A stretch of DNA of 64,000 nt from Azolla caroliniana (Eukaryota; Plantae; Polypodiophyta). A model generated the notes under the pieces. It did not search any database and was not told the origin of the DNA. It worked only from the letters and a program-made list of their open reading frames with translations. The position numbers and the translations under genes are program-made. Every line of letters begins with the position of its first letter. The first letter of the stretch is position 1. This document shows positions 23,401 through 34,395 of this stretch, in pieces. Location of the stretch: the NCBI GenBank assembly GCA_043228905.1, contig JBHGNT010000002.1, forward strand, positions 3,658,001 to 3,722,000, in the 5' to 3' direction.

Positions 23401-24801
23401 GGGTGGCTCTTTGACTCATTAGTGACTCCCTCTCTCATGTATGCATCAGCGGTTTGGGCCCCAGGACTACCATCTTTCATGTGGATGCAATTAGAGAGAC
23501 CATTGGTGATGATGTTATCACACCAACTCCGAAGCAAATCGTCGGTCCCACATGACATTATTAGGCCTGAGTTCACTCTACCCCCTATGTTAATAGAAGC
23601 ACTTTTTCAACTGGTAGTCTTTATACACAGGATACATAACCAACCAATTGATAGAATATCCCACCAAGCCTTTAAGGCTTCTCGAGCACTGTATGAGTCC
23701 GGCTATACTAGCTCATGGTATGGCATGATGGTGAGTTGGCTTCTTGCCAATGGTCTAGACATTACTAACCTCCCCCCCCTTAAGTACGACCACACGAATG
23801 ATAACACTTTAATCTCTCATGAGGACCGTCATAAAGTAATACGCCAAGAAATATAGCAAATTTATACTCGGTATAAATGGATCACCCCACTAGAGCCACT
23901 CCCATCTAAAATGTCGTACTATAAGGAACACTTTATGCACTTCTCTGAGTTAGGTTTTATCACGCGCCCAAAATATCTAGATGTATTCTTACCACATGCA
24001 CTAAGGGTTGCCATTGGTCAACTTAGAATATCATCTCACCAACTTGAGATTGAGAATGGACGTACTAATGGAGTCCCTAGGGAGGAAAGGATATGTAGGT
24101 TATGCCACATAGAGATAGAGGATGAGTACCATTTTACATGCAAATGCCCCACCTATGCCGAGATAAGGGCAAAATACCAAGACATACTTGGTTCCTCTCC
24201 CACCCTCCCTAAACTATTAGATACACTAGATATAAAGAAATTAGGTAGATACATCTTAGAATTGAAACAACACAGAGAGAATAAATTACAAAACGTTGAT
24301 AATAATGTTGCTAATGTTTACCAACATATAACAAATGAAGTTTTTCAGGAACAGAGGGAGACAATGAATGTCGACACACCTGCACCACTCGGACTTCTCC
24401 TTGATGAAGCAGAAAATCAAAGAAGAACCAAACGCCCTCGGATGCCGGGTTTCAAAGCAACTCGACGAGATGTAGAAGCAATAAAGAAAATAAGGGAATG
24501 TGAACTACACCGCCTAGAAGCCATGGCTAGGGCACTCTATGCATCGGGACCATGGGTCACACCCACACCAAAAACTTTTGACCTCCCACTTCTTTTTGAG
24601 AGACTTGGGTGGAAATGAGATTAGGCTTAGTGCAAAGTTTTGTACACTACTAGAACTTTCTTAGCTTAAGCTATTTTCTTTTATTTTTAGTTTTGATGAT
24701 TGGATAAACACTCATTTTTGTTGTAACCTATTTGTCTCATGGGCCAAATTTGGCCTTAGAAGACGTTAATATATCTTTCTTTCTTTCTTTCTTTCTTTCT
24801 T
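20478..24801 (+). mobile_element. 5'-truncated non-LTR retrotransposon (LINE), RTEX-like, with (TTTC)n tail
   Basis: ORF1 remnant to 20883 (RLNVRVTGL), ORF2 with APE, RT and C-terminal zinc-finger motifs, microsatellite tail at about 24774-24801. Clade assignment is an inference from motifs. Confidence 0.88.
20890..24618 (+). pseudogene. LINE ORF2 (AP endonuclease, RT, zinc finger) with two in-frame stops
   Basis: ORFs at 20890, 21421 and 23911 share a frame. Motifs VGDFNART, STVDY, ADH; QAGFR, VDFRKAFD, GVKQGCPLSP, YAED (for YADD), YLG; SHQLEIENGR...RICRLC...EDEYHF..C. Confidence 0.92.
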
Positions 24802-25449
24802 CACGAGATCCACAAGAAGATCATGGAACTCCTTCTTCGCTATTCCGAGCAATTCCCAAAGTGAAAACTCCACCCGGCTATCGAGGATTCTCTCCTCGAA
24901 CACTTTTTTCAAGTTCATTTGTTGTTGGATGTCTGAGGCGAGTTTGAATGTCGGAATCGTCTTTTCTTTTCCCTTCCCTCCGGAGTTCCAGCTTTCCGGT
25001 GTCTTTGATGGTTCGGCCGCATCATCCGTGCGCCGTCATTTCTCGTCTACATACACCTCATGCAATTGGCATAGGGCATGTACACTATTCTTATCAACCG
25101 ACTTTTGAATGACGAAAACACATCGAGGACCTTCATCCCCTTATCCGGTGTTTCCACCCAATCTTCGAATCCCCTCCTCGTTGCCTTGGAGGAGTCCTCG
25201 ATGGCGAACGTGGTCTTTAACGCGTCTTCAAATGCCTCCCACGTCGGATTTTGCTACCGTATCCCGTGGATACTCCCTTGAAGCCCGTCGGTCGCCACCC
25301 GGTTGATGTCACTTGCAGTCCTTCCGAAATCCCGCACTGTAGCATTTCCGCCTTGTAATCTCGCAAATATCACGACATGTCTTTCTCGTTGAATTGCCCG
25401 TTCCATTGCACGAGTCACTCTACTGCTGCCACAATCTCCGACATCGCGC

Positions 25450-26355
25450 TGTCGTGCCTTTCGGCTCCGGATCGTTTGCGTGAGTCGGGTGGGAACCGCC
25501 GAGGTTTTGGACTAGGAGGAGGAAGAATTTGAGGCTAATCTAGTTATGAATATGAATAGATTATAAGAAAGAGATATAGAAACTTGTGAATCCCACAAGT
25601 ATAATTGTTTTAGTTTATCTAAATCGTAGTAATAAATTGAAATAATTTAGAATAGATTAGAGTAGATTGAGAAAAGAGATCAAACCTTGTGAATCCCACA
25701 AGTATTACATTAATCAATATTTATGTAAGAATATGAATTTAGATTGAAAGAGATAGATTATCTTAAACTTCGTGAATCCCACGAGTATATTTTATTGATT
25801 GTTGGTGTTTTAGGAAATATATCCAATTTCCCAAATATTTTTCACACACCTATTACATTGTGCTCCCCATCCTTATGTAGTGATGGGAGAGACTAAGCAT
25901 AGCTACATGCTTTTTTTTCTAATATGTTCATGCACACTAAATGTGCATGTGATGCTTTTCTAATCCTTGCTTTTATTTGCTAAATATAGTGCTCATGCAC
26001 GCTAGATGTGCATGAGTCACTTTTTAGTCGCTTGCGTTTTTCTATAAAATATTCACGCACTCTAAAAATACATGATTTACCTTTTAATAAAGGTAGGCGC
26101 AAATAAAGCACTTATAGTTATTAAATCTATTTATAGAACACTAAAGATAAGGTAGTATAATGGTAAAGTTGAGGTTTGGCTACGTGGAGGTACAAGGTTC
26201 AAATCTTGCCCTATGCACGTGATAAATATCTTGATATTTTTATTTTATTTATTGGTGATAAATATCTTGATATTCTTATTTTATTTATTTATATGTAATT
26301 AAATCGGTTATATTATTTTTACTTTTTCACGTAGTGTACGAAATACACTACGACA
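25450..26355 (-). repeat. Solo LTR of the B/C family inserted in the gag of C, with 4-bp TSD GCGC
   Basis: GCGC at 25446-25449 and 26356-26359. Removing the LTR and one GCGC restores the gag frame (LQEQCA-MSEIVAAVE). Confidence 0.9.
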
Positions 26356-26439
26356 GCGCATTGTTCTTGTAGCATCCGCTCAAACATTGCGATCATGTTG
26401 TTAGCCCCCGGTTGATTTTCCATCTCCTTGCCACCCAGT

Positions 26440-26458
26440 TTCACATCGGGTTCACTTG
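26440..26458 (-). other. PBS of element C, tRNA-Trp-like
   Basis: CAAGTGAACCCGATGTGAA directly after the LTR; compare the complement of the plant tRNA-Trp 3' end, TGGTGAACCCGACGTGAA (recalled, not searched). Confidence 0.65.
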
Positions 26459-27311
26459 TGTCGTGCCTTTCAACTCCGGATCGTTGCGTGAGTCGGGTGG
26501 GAACCACTGAGGTTTTGGACTAGGAGAAAGAAGAATACAATATAAGGTTAGTTATAAATAGGTAAAAAGAGAAGTAAGAAATAAAACTTGTGAATCCCAC
26601 ATTTTTAGTGTATTTAATCAATATTTAGATTGTAAGAAAGAGAATTTTTATGATAAACTCATGAATCCCACGAATATATTAGATTGATCAATCCTTGTAA
26701 AAAAATCAACAACACCATACATCTTTCTCTTCCTTATATAAGGATGGAAGACGCTAAGCATAGCTTCACGCTTTTTCTAAAGTGTTCATGCACACTAAAT
26801 GTGCATGAGTTGCCTTTTTACACTATGCTTTTATTTCCTAAATATAGTGCTCATGCACGCTAGATGTGCACGAGTAATTTTTTATTGGTGTACATTTTTC
26901 TTATAAATAAAGTATTCACGCATTCTAAAAATGCATGACTTACCTTTTAATAAAGGTAGGCATAAATAACGGTCTTATATGTATTAAATCTATATTTAGA
27001 ATACTTAGGATAAGTTAGAACAATGGTAAGGTTGGGGTTTGTCTACATGGAGGTACAGGGTTTGAATCTTGTCCTATGCATGTAACAATCTTTTCTCCTA
27101 TTTATAAATTTGTCTCTTCATCCAGTGAGAGACTCTCACCGGCCTTCTTTATCCGGTTCTTGCCGGTTTTGCTTGATCCGGTTCTCACCGGTTCTCCTTA
27201 CCAGTTCCTACTTCATCCGGTTCTCACCAGTTCTCCTTACAGGTTCCTCCTTGTCCCATCCGGAGGAATAAAAATGCAATTTTCACGTAGTGTGTGAATT
27301 ACACTACGACA
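26459..27311 (-). repeat. 5' LTR of element C (853 bp)
   Basis: Same termini and internal blocks as 18979-19882; followed by PBS and gag. Confidence 0.9.
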
Positions 27312-28803
27312 ACGTGCTTGGCACTTGAAGATAACACAATATCTTCATTGAATTGGCTTCCGAATGTCAAAATCTGACAATTCTCTCTATGTAAGAAGCG
27401 ATTCCGAAAGTCTGATCGTCATCATCTTGTACGTGGATGATCTGGTCATTGGAGGTGAGCATCTAGTCGACATCAACAAGGTCAAATCTCTCCTTTCCAG
27501 CAAATTCGAGATGACAGACATGAAAGAGCTCCACTACTTCCTTGGCATCGAGGTAATTCGGACTCCAATCAGGATTATGATCTACCAACGGCACTACATT
27601 CTCAACTTGTTATACAAGTTCGAGATGACTGAGTGCAAGTCTGTGGCAACACCTCTCGATCGAAACCTCAAACTAGATGCCAATTTTGGCACCACAGAGT
27701 GTGAGCCAACTCAGTATCGACAACTGATCGGTAGTCTTATCTACCTCACGATCACTCGACCAGACCTAAGCTATCTAGTCGGCCTTCTTAGCCAGTTCAT
27801 GCAAACACCACGAGATATCTATTTGGATTGTGCTAAGAGAGTGCTACGATACGTGAGCGGAACGATGGACTATGGCATTCTCTATAAGTCGGCCACGCCA
27901 ATTCAACTCGAGGGGTACACAGATGTCGAATGGGCAGGCTACAAAGCCGATCGACGATCAAACTCTGGTTTCTTCTTCTCCCTCGGAAGTGGAGCCATCT
28001 CCTAGAGTAGCAAGAAGCAACCAACTGTCGCTCTTTCGAGCATAGAGGCCGAATACAGGGGCACAATGGTGGCTGCATATGAATCTGTATGGCTCAAGAG
28101 GATATTAAAGGATTTGGGCGTTCCCATCAAAGATCTGATTCTCCTTTACTGCGACAACATGAGCAATATTTATCTACCTCGGAACCCGGTGTTCCACACA
28201 CACACGAAGCATATCGAAGTGCACTATCACTTCATTCGAGAGCATGTTCAGGTTGGCGATGTCGACCTTCAACATATCACTACGAATCTTCAAATAGTCG
28301 ACATCTTCACCAAAGCCCTAGGAGCCGACAAGCTTCGGCAATTCCTGTCAGACCTTGGATTGACGGTCCTTGACTTGCCAAGCTTGAGAGGGAGTACAAG
28401 CGAGCCGGATGTACCGGATACCGTCCGAACCCGATACGAGCCGAAGCAGACATCAACTGAAGTAGCCGACCAAAGTTGAGCTTGAGGGGGTGTGTTGAGA
28501 ATCAAGCTCAACCTAGTCTAGTGTGTGAACACACCCTTGAGAGTGTGCACTCAAAGGTCAAAAGTCACCACTCGTATCTACACATTAACTATGTGTCATA
28601 GAATCATATTCTATGACACATAACTAATGAGTTTTCACATTCCCCATGACCCATGAGCTTCGGTAGTTAATGAAGAGAGAGAGTGACTATATAAAGCACT
28701 CTCCTCCTACTTTGTAATTAAGTCGATTAATCTCTGTTGTAATATACATCTTCTTGAGTATTCTATTGTTGCTTTAAAAATCTATCTCGTGTTTCTCTCT
28801 CAC

Positions 28804-28874
<71 letters not shown>

Positions 28875-28928
28875 CACACACACTCACAACACATATCTCT
28901 AGTCTATTCCGCTGCACAAGAATCACCA
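27312..28928 (+). mobile_element. Ty1/Copia element, 3' part (RT C-terminus, RNaseH, PPT, 3' LTR about 28493-28928)
   Basis: LYVDDL, YFLGIEV, TRPDLSY, SKKQPTVALS..EAEY, TKHIEVHYHFIRE, DIFTKAL, SLRG; PPT GAGGGGG at 28484-28490; LTR contains TATATAAA and (CT)n. Right end approximate. Confidence 0.9.
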
Positions 28929-30796
28929 TCAATTCTTTACAACCTTCATAGTTTTGCGCGAGCATCCTGGCTCGCTAAATGTGATCGAGTGGTTGCACCA
29001 ATCCACTATTGGATTGTGCGCCTCGAACCACGTTAGTCCTAAGAGGATCAGATGTCGAGGAGATGTGATGAGGTAAAAGGTGAGCTCCTCCTGGTGTGAG
29101 CCCACATGAAGCCCTAATGGGATCGTAGCTTGAGTAATTGCGCCTGACAAGAGGACGCGCTTGTCGATGGCTTCAACGGGAATGGGTTTTGAGAGGCAAA
29201 CAACGGGTACGCCATGTGCTTGGGCGAATGCGACATTGATGAAGCAAGAAGATGCCCCAAAATCAAGTAAAGCAACAAACTGAATGGAACTACAGTTAAA
29301 CGAAAGCCATACCTCCAATGTGAAATTGCTTGACGGTCCGGCAATGGAACCAGGAGAATGTGGGTGACGGGATATGTCCAATTGCATGGCTCCTACTGCA
29401 ACCGAACGATGTCGTTTTCCAGATGTTGGGGTCCGTTGGCTCGATGGAATTGTGGGTGATTACTCCTAGGACAATGGCGAATGACATGACCGGAGGCACC
29501 ACAATACAGGCACAAGCCATTAGCCCCCCGAAATTGTCGTTTGGCATCAGTCAATGGTTGAAATCGGGCTTGATCAATTTCCATGGGGACGGGAGCATCT
29601 GCCAAAGTAGGGGAGCGTGACGCAGTCAGTTGGAGGGATACCTAGGGTTGTACGACCGGGGCGTGTCGTGGAAGTGAATGAGGTGGAACCCAAGTCCGGC
29701 GCTCTTCCTAGAGAAATTCGAAAAGGCGATTGTCACAATGGACTGCTTGTGAAATCGCTTGGGATAACAATGTGGGCTCTGGAAAGTTCAAGAGAAGATT
29801 CTTGACATTGCTTCGAAAGCCCCGCCAAAAGTGATCAGCTAAAGCTTGATCATCCCAACTGACATCGCGTGCTAGTTGTCGAAATTCTGAAGCATAGATA
29901 GAAGTTGCACACGAACTTTGTTCGACTGCGTAAAGCTTGTTAAGGGTTGTACGTCATCGGTCCATCTCTCCAAATGTGGCCTCTAACTCAGCGAGGAAGG
30001 CGGGAAAGTCCTCCAATAGAGGTGATGAAGTTTCTACCAATGGTGCAAACCAAGCTTGGGCCAGACCGAAGAGCAGGGTGCCCACAAGGCTAACTTGTTG
30101 AAGACCATCTGCATAACGTTGAGGTTGTAGCCGAATGATAAGTCAAATTTGGTTGAGGAACCCTCGGAAACGCAACCTCAATCCATCAAATTTTTCTGGG
30201 AGGCTAACCTTAGGCTCAAGAAAATGCGAAGAAGCTAGGCCGGATGTTTGTAGAAGATCAGGCTCTAGGCTAGGTTGCGGTGGGAGACTAGGCTTCGGGG
30301 GTTGTGAGGATAGGGAGGTACCGAATTGAAGTTCTTGTAAAGAATTTCAAAGAGCTTCATTTTCAAGCTGGAGTTGTTGTAAGGCTACCATTATCTGGCT
30401 TAAGTCACTAGCTGAGTCGGACATAGGTATGGCTTATGAGAGGGAGAGCTATGAGGATGGGAAGGTGAAAAAACTGTCACAGATAGATCATAAGCTCAAG
30501 AGACAAGAAAAAAGATAACCAAATGGATGAGTAGTATTAACTGAAAGACTCCATAACTAGTGTTGTTCACCTTGAATTCCTTCAAGGTGAACTCAACTAT
30601 TTATACTACACAACACACATACTTGTTGCACGCATGTGAATCTTTAATAGAGCGTGTAGGTACGCATGCATGTGCCAAGTGTAAATACTACAAGGGAGCA
30701 ACTATGCATATGATGCTAGCCAAAACTACAAGAACCAATTATATATATAACTCTATACTAGATATGTTGGTTAACCCATAATACTTGATTATAACA
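28929..30796 (-). mobile_element. Tcn1/Tf1-like chromoviral Gypsy remnant (5' LTR about 30475-30796, gag, protease)
   Basis: EPKVSLPEKFDG gag start, PVPMEID...LCLYCGASGHVIRHCP, ALLDFGASSCFI, LLGLTW...HNPIVDW; no tRNA PBS next to the LTR. Confidence 0.82.
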
Positions 30797-32752
30797 TAGT
30801 CATGTCAAGAGTTCGAATCTTGACACATGTGTTTGGGTTTCAGTTTCGTACTCTCTTCTTGTCTGAGAGGTTTTTGGATGGGTTTTCTACAACGGCAGCT
30901 CTTTAGGCATTCCGATGGTGGCCTTCTCAGAGGTTCAGGAATCCTCTGCACAATGGGGAGTGGTGGTTTTCGGCTACAACGGGTTAACTCAACGGTAGGT
31001 CGTCGAAGGGAAACCGGAGTGACACGAGGGATTAGCGTCGAAAACCCTAACGCGGGCAGCAACAACATGAGCCATCATCCCAATTGCCGCCCAATTGGCC
31101 GGCTCAAGAGCCAACGACGACAGAAGCGTCGAAGCTGGGGGCTAACGCGTCCAAATCTGACATGGCCGAATCCAACATGGCCGAAGCCAAAGCCAAAGCC
31201 GACAGCAAGGAGCTGACAATGGATGAGGGTTGTTAGCCGAAAGCCGATCTGGGCAAAAACCGATCCGACCAATAGCCGATCCATCGGAAGGCCGATAAGC
31301 CGAAGACCGGCGAGGCCAAAAGCCAACCAGATCAATGTAGGAGAATGTCGAAGGAAGCTAGTCCACTCACCTCCCTGATCCAAGGCCCCCGTGGTCTTGC
31401 TCGAGTAGCATACGTACGCTCGAATTTTCGCGACAACATCTTAAATCTACTATTCTAGTTCGAGATGACAGAATGCAAGCCGGTGACAACCCCTCTCGAT
31501 CGAAATCTGAACCTAGATGTCGATTTTGGCACAAAAGAGTGCAAGCCAACACACTATCGGCGGCTAGTAGGAAGCCTAATCCACCTAATCATCACCCAAC
31601 CCAACCTCAACTATCCGGTCGGCCTCCTTAGCCAATTCATGCATAACCCACGTGATATTCATCTGGATTGTGCTAAGTGAGTGTTATGATACATGTGTGG
31701 CTTGATGAATTGCGGCATTCTCGACAAATCAGTAATGAAAATTCGACTCAAAGGGTATACAAATTGCAATTGGGCCGGCCACAAAGTCGACAGACAATCA
31801 ACCTCAGCGTACGTCTTCTCCCTTAGTAGTGGAGATATATCCTAGAGCAACAAAAAGCAGTCGACAATAGCAATGTCAAGCACGGAGGCAAAACATAGGA
31901 GTGTGGTCATCGCTACATGTGAAGTTGTATGGCTCAAGAGGAAACTTAAGGATCTAGACGTCTCCATAAAATATCCCATCTTGCTCTGCTACGATTAAAC
32001 CTCAACAATATTCATCTTGCTTGCAATCCAGTCTTCCATGCTCAGACTAAGCACATCGAGGTGTACTACTAGTTCATCCAAGAACAAGTTCTAGCGGGGG
32101 ATGTCGACCTCCAACATATCAATACAAATCTTCAAATGGCCAACATCTTCAGGAAAGCTCTAGGAGCTGACAAGCTTCAGCAATTCTCGATTGAGTTGGG
32201 TCTTTCGACCGCCGATTTGCTGAGCTTGAGGGGTAGTCAGCCGGACACAGATCCGGACACATGCACAAGCAAAGCCAAAAATAGACACATACATGAAAGC
32301 AAAGTGAGTTGGACACATACCGAAGTCGGACCGAAAACCAACAGAAATGAAAGTCGATTGTCCAATGACTGGAAGTTGCGCTTGAAGGGGTGTGCTGAGA
32401 ATCAAACTCAACTTCCCCTAGTGTGTGAACACACCTTAGGAATATACAAGTGTGTGAACACACCACTACCATGTAACAATAACCAATGTGTCATAAATGC
32501 AACTCCTATGACACATATTCATGAGGTAGTTAAGGTTTCCCCCCCCATTCCCGAGAGGTAGTTTTAGTAGGAGAGTGTAGATAAACTATGACTATATAAG
32601 CACTTTCTCCTCTCCTTTGTAAAGTGTCGATTATCATTCTTGTGAAATATAGTTTTTTGTTTTTCTATCTACCTTGTGTCGATTCTCTCTCCTCTTCTCT
32701 CATGCACACACACACGCACACCTCTAATCCATTTTCTCTGCACACAATCACA
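30797..32752 (+). mobile_element. Degenerate, internally deleted Copia element related to 27312-28928 (RT/RH about 31430-32235, LTR about 32393-32752)
   Basis: MTECKPVTTPLDRNL, many stops, SLRG, PPT GAAGGGG, LTR start TGCTGAGAATCAA matches 28493. Assignment of 30797-31430 to this element is tentative. Confidence 0.75.
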
Positions 32753-33056
32753 TACTTGATTGTCTACAGAAGAAAATGGATTGTTTCACTTGGTGTTAAA
32801 TTATAAAGGCTTAAACAAAATCACAATTCGGAGCAGGTGCACCTCACCTTTAATCTCAACACTTTTGGAGTGCTTGGGGGGAGCCAAAAACTTTACAATG
32901 TGTGATCTTTGAGGTGTTTATAATCTAGTTTGAATTTGTCCTAGTGATGAATGGAAAACCACATTTTTCACTCAACATGGCCATTTTGAGTATACAATTA
33001 TGCCTAACGTCAATCTCACAAATGCTCCTATAGTTTTCCAACATATGGCCAATGAT

Positions 33057-33222
33057 TAGGGATCGGCAATAGTTCGGTTTAGGCTTAGCCGGTTTGGCTT
33101 GGATCAGGCCAAACCGGCTAAGCCTAAACCGTTTTGGGGATCTCAAACCTGAACCGAACCGGTTCACAAACCAATTTAGGATAAACCGGTTTGGTAAACG
33201 GCTTAGAAACCAGTTTCCAAAC

Positions 33223-33277
<55 letters not shown>

Positions 33278-33585
33278 CTTATTTGTTGTCTCCCTCCCTC
33301 CCTCTCTCTCATCTCGTCTTGTGTAGTTCTCCCTCACTCTCTCCCTCTCTCTCTCCCTTTGTCTATTGTCTCCCTCCCTCGGGCCTCTCTCTCTCTCTCT
33401 CTCTCTCTCGCTCTAAAGTTTCTAAACGGCTTAGCCGGCTTGAGCCGGTTTGGCGAGGCTCAAGCCAAGCTGAGCCGAGCTCAAACGGTTAAGGCAAGTT
33501 CAAGCCTAAACCGAACCAAGCCGAGCCGCTTTAAGCCAGCTAAGCCAAACGGTTTAGGCTTGAGCCGAGCCATTGTCGATCCATA
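33057..33585. mobile_element. Non-autonomous hAT element (MITE), 529 bp
   Basis: 8-bp TSD CCAATGAT at 33049-33056 and 33586-33593; imperfect TIR TAGGGATCGGCAAT / ATTGTCGATCCATA; many AAACCG/CGGTTT subterminal motifs; central (CT)n. Confidence 0.92.
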
Positions 33586-33641
33586 CCAATGATATTTCCC
33601 CAACTTCTTGGATATATCCACCATCATTTATTTGCACACTA

Positions 33642-33835
33642 TTAACAATCGGCAACGGTTTGGTTCGGTTTGGTTCGGTTTGAGAGGGTCCAAACCGAAC
33701 CGGTTTGGAACCGAACCATTTAAACTTTTTGAAACCCGAACCGAACCGAACTGCGAAACCGTTAAACATTTTTGAAACTGTTAAACCATTAAACCGTAAA
33801 AACTGTGGTTTCGTGGTTCAATTTTGGTTTTCAAC
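33642..33835. mobile_element. Terminal remnant of a second hAT-like element
   Basis: ATCGGCAACGGTTTGGTTCGGTTT start resembles the MITE TIR; repeated AACCG/CGGTT motifs. Confidence 0.6.
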
Positions 33836-34129
33836 ATAGGTCTAATTTTTAATTTTTAATTTTTGAGTTTTTTAATTCTCAAGGTTCCTACATGATGGCA
33901 CCTTATTTAGTGGAACATGCTTTTGACCATCAAAATTAGGTTCTCCATGGTCTTGATTATTTACAATGATGACAAGTAATGCATTTAAGGGGCCCACGGA
34001 TTCAACATTATTAGTTCAATTTGTAGTGATCTTAAAGTAGATGGGTTCACAAGATGTATTGAATCATATCATTCTAGATAGTGCTTCTTATTCAAGATCC
34101 ATGAATTCTCGTAAAGATTATAATCAATT

Positions 34130-34395
34130 CAATTGGCACAATAATTTACATTTTTGAAATAATTTACTTTATGTCCCTAATGGTCGTTCTCGACTTTTAA
34201 TTTTACAACATTGCGATGACATGCAAATGGTTGGACAGTTTGGAGTTCACAAAACTTTGGAGTTAGTTTCTAGAAGCTATTGGTGACTACATCTTTGTAA
34301 TTATGTTGAGGACTACATTTCGTAGTTGTGATGCATATTGTCGGCCCAAGTGTCCTCGGCATCAACCATATGGGTTACTCCAACCCTTACTAGTT
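34130..34395 (+). pseudogene. Gypsy integrase zinc-binding domain remnant
   Basis: Manual translation: HCDDMQMVGQFGVHKTLELVSRSYW*...SCDAYCRPKCPRHQPYGLLQPL. Confidence 0.75.

Larger units (their letters stand above)
19883..27311 (-). mobile_element. Ty3/Gypsy element C (B family), 5' part; interrupted by a LINE and a solo LTR and cut by insertion of B
   Basis: 5' LTR 26459-27311, gag ATG at 26423, gag pieces 25449-24802 and about 20477-20003 (HWARATTE, LIDHGSEINLMS), GGATTTTTAG at 20012-20003. Confidence 0.88.

Noticed and set aside
26146-26217. Functional tRNA gene
   Set aside because: Acceptor and anticodon stems do not pair convincingly; reported only as a tRNA-like module.
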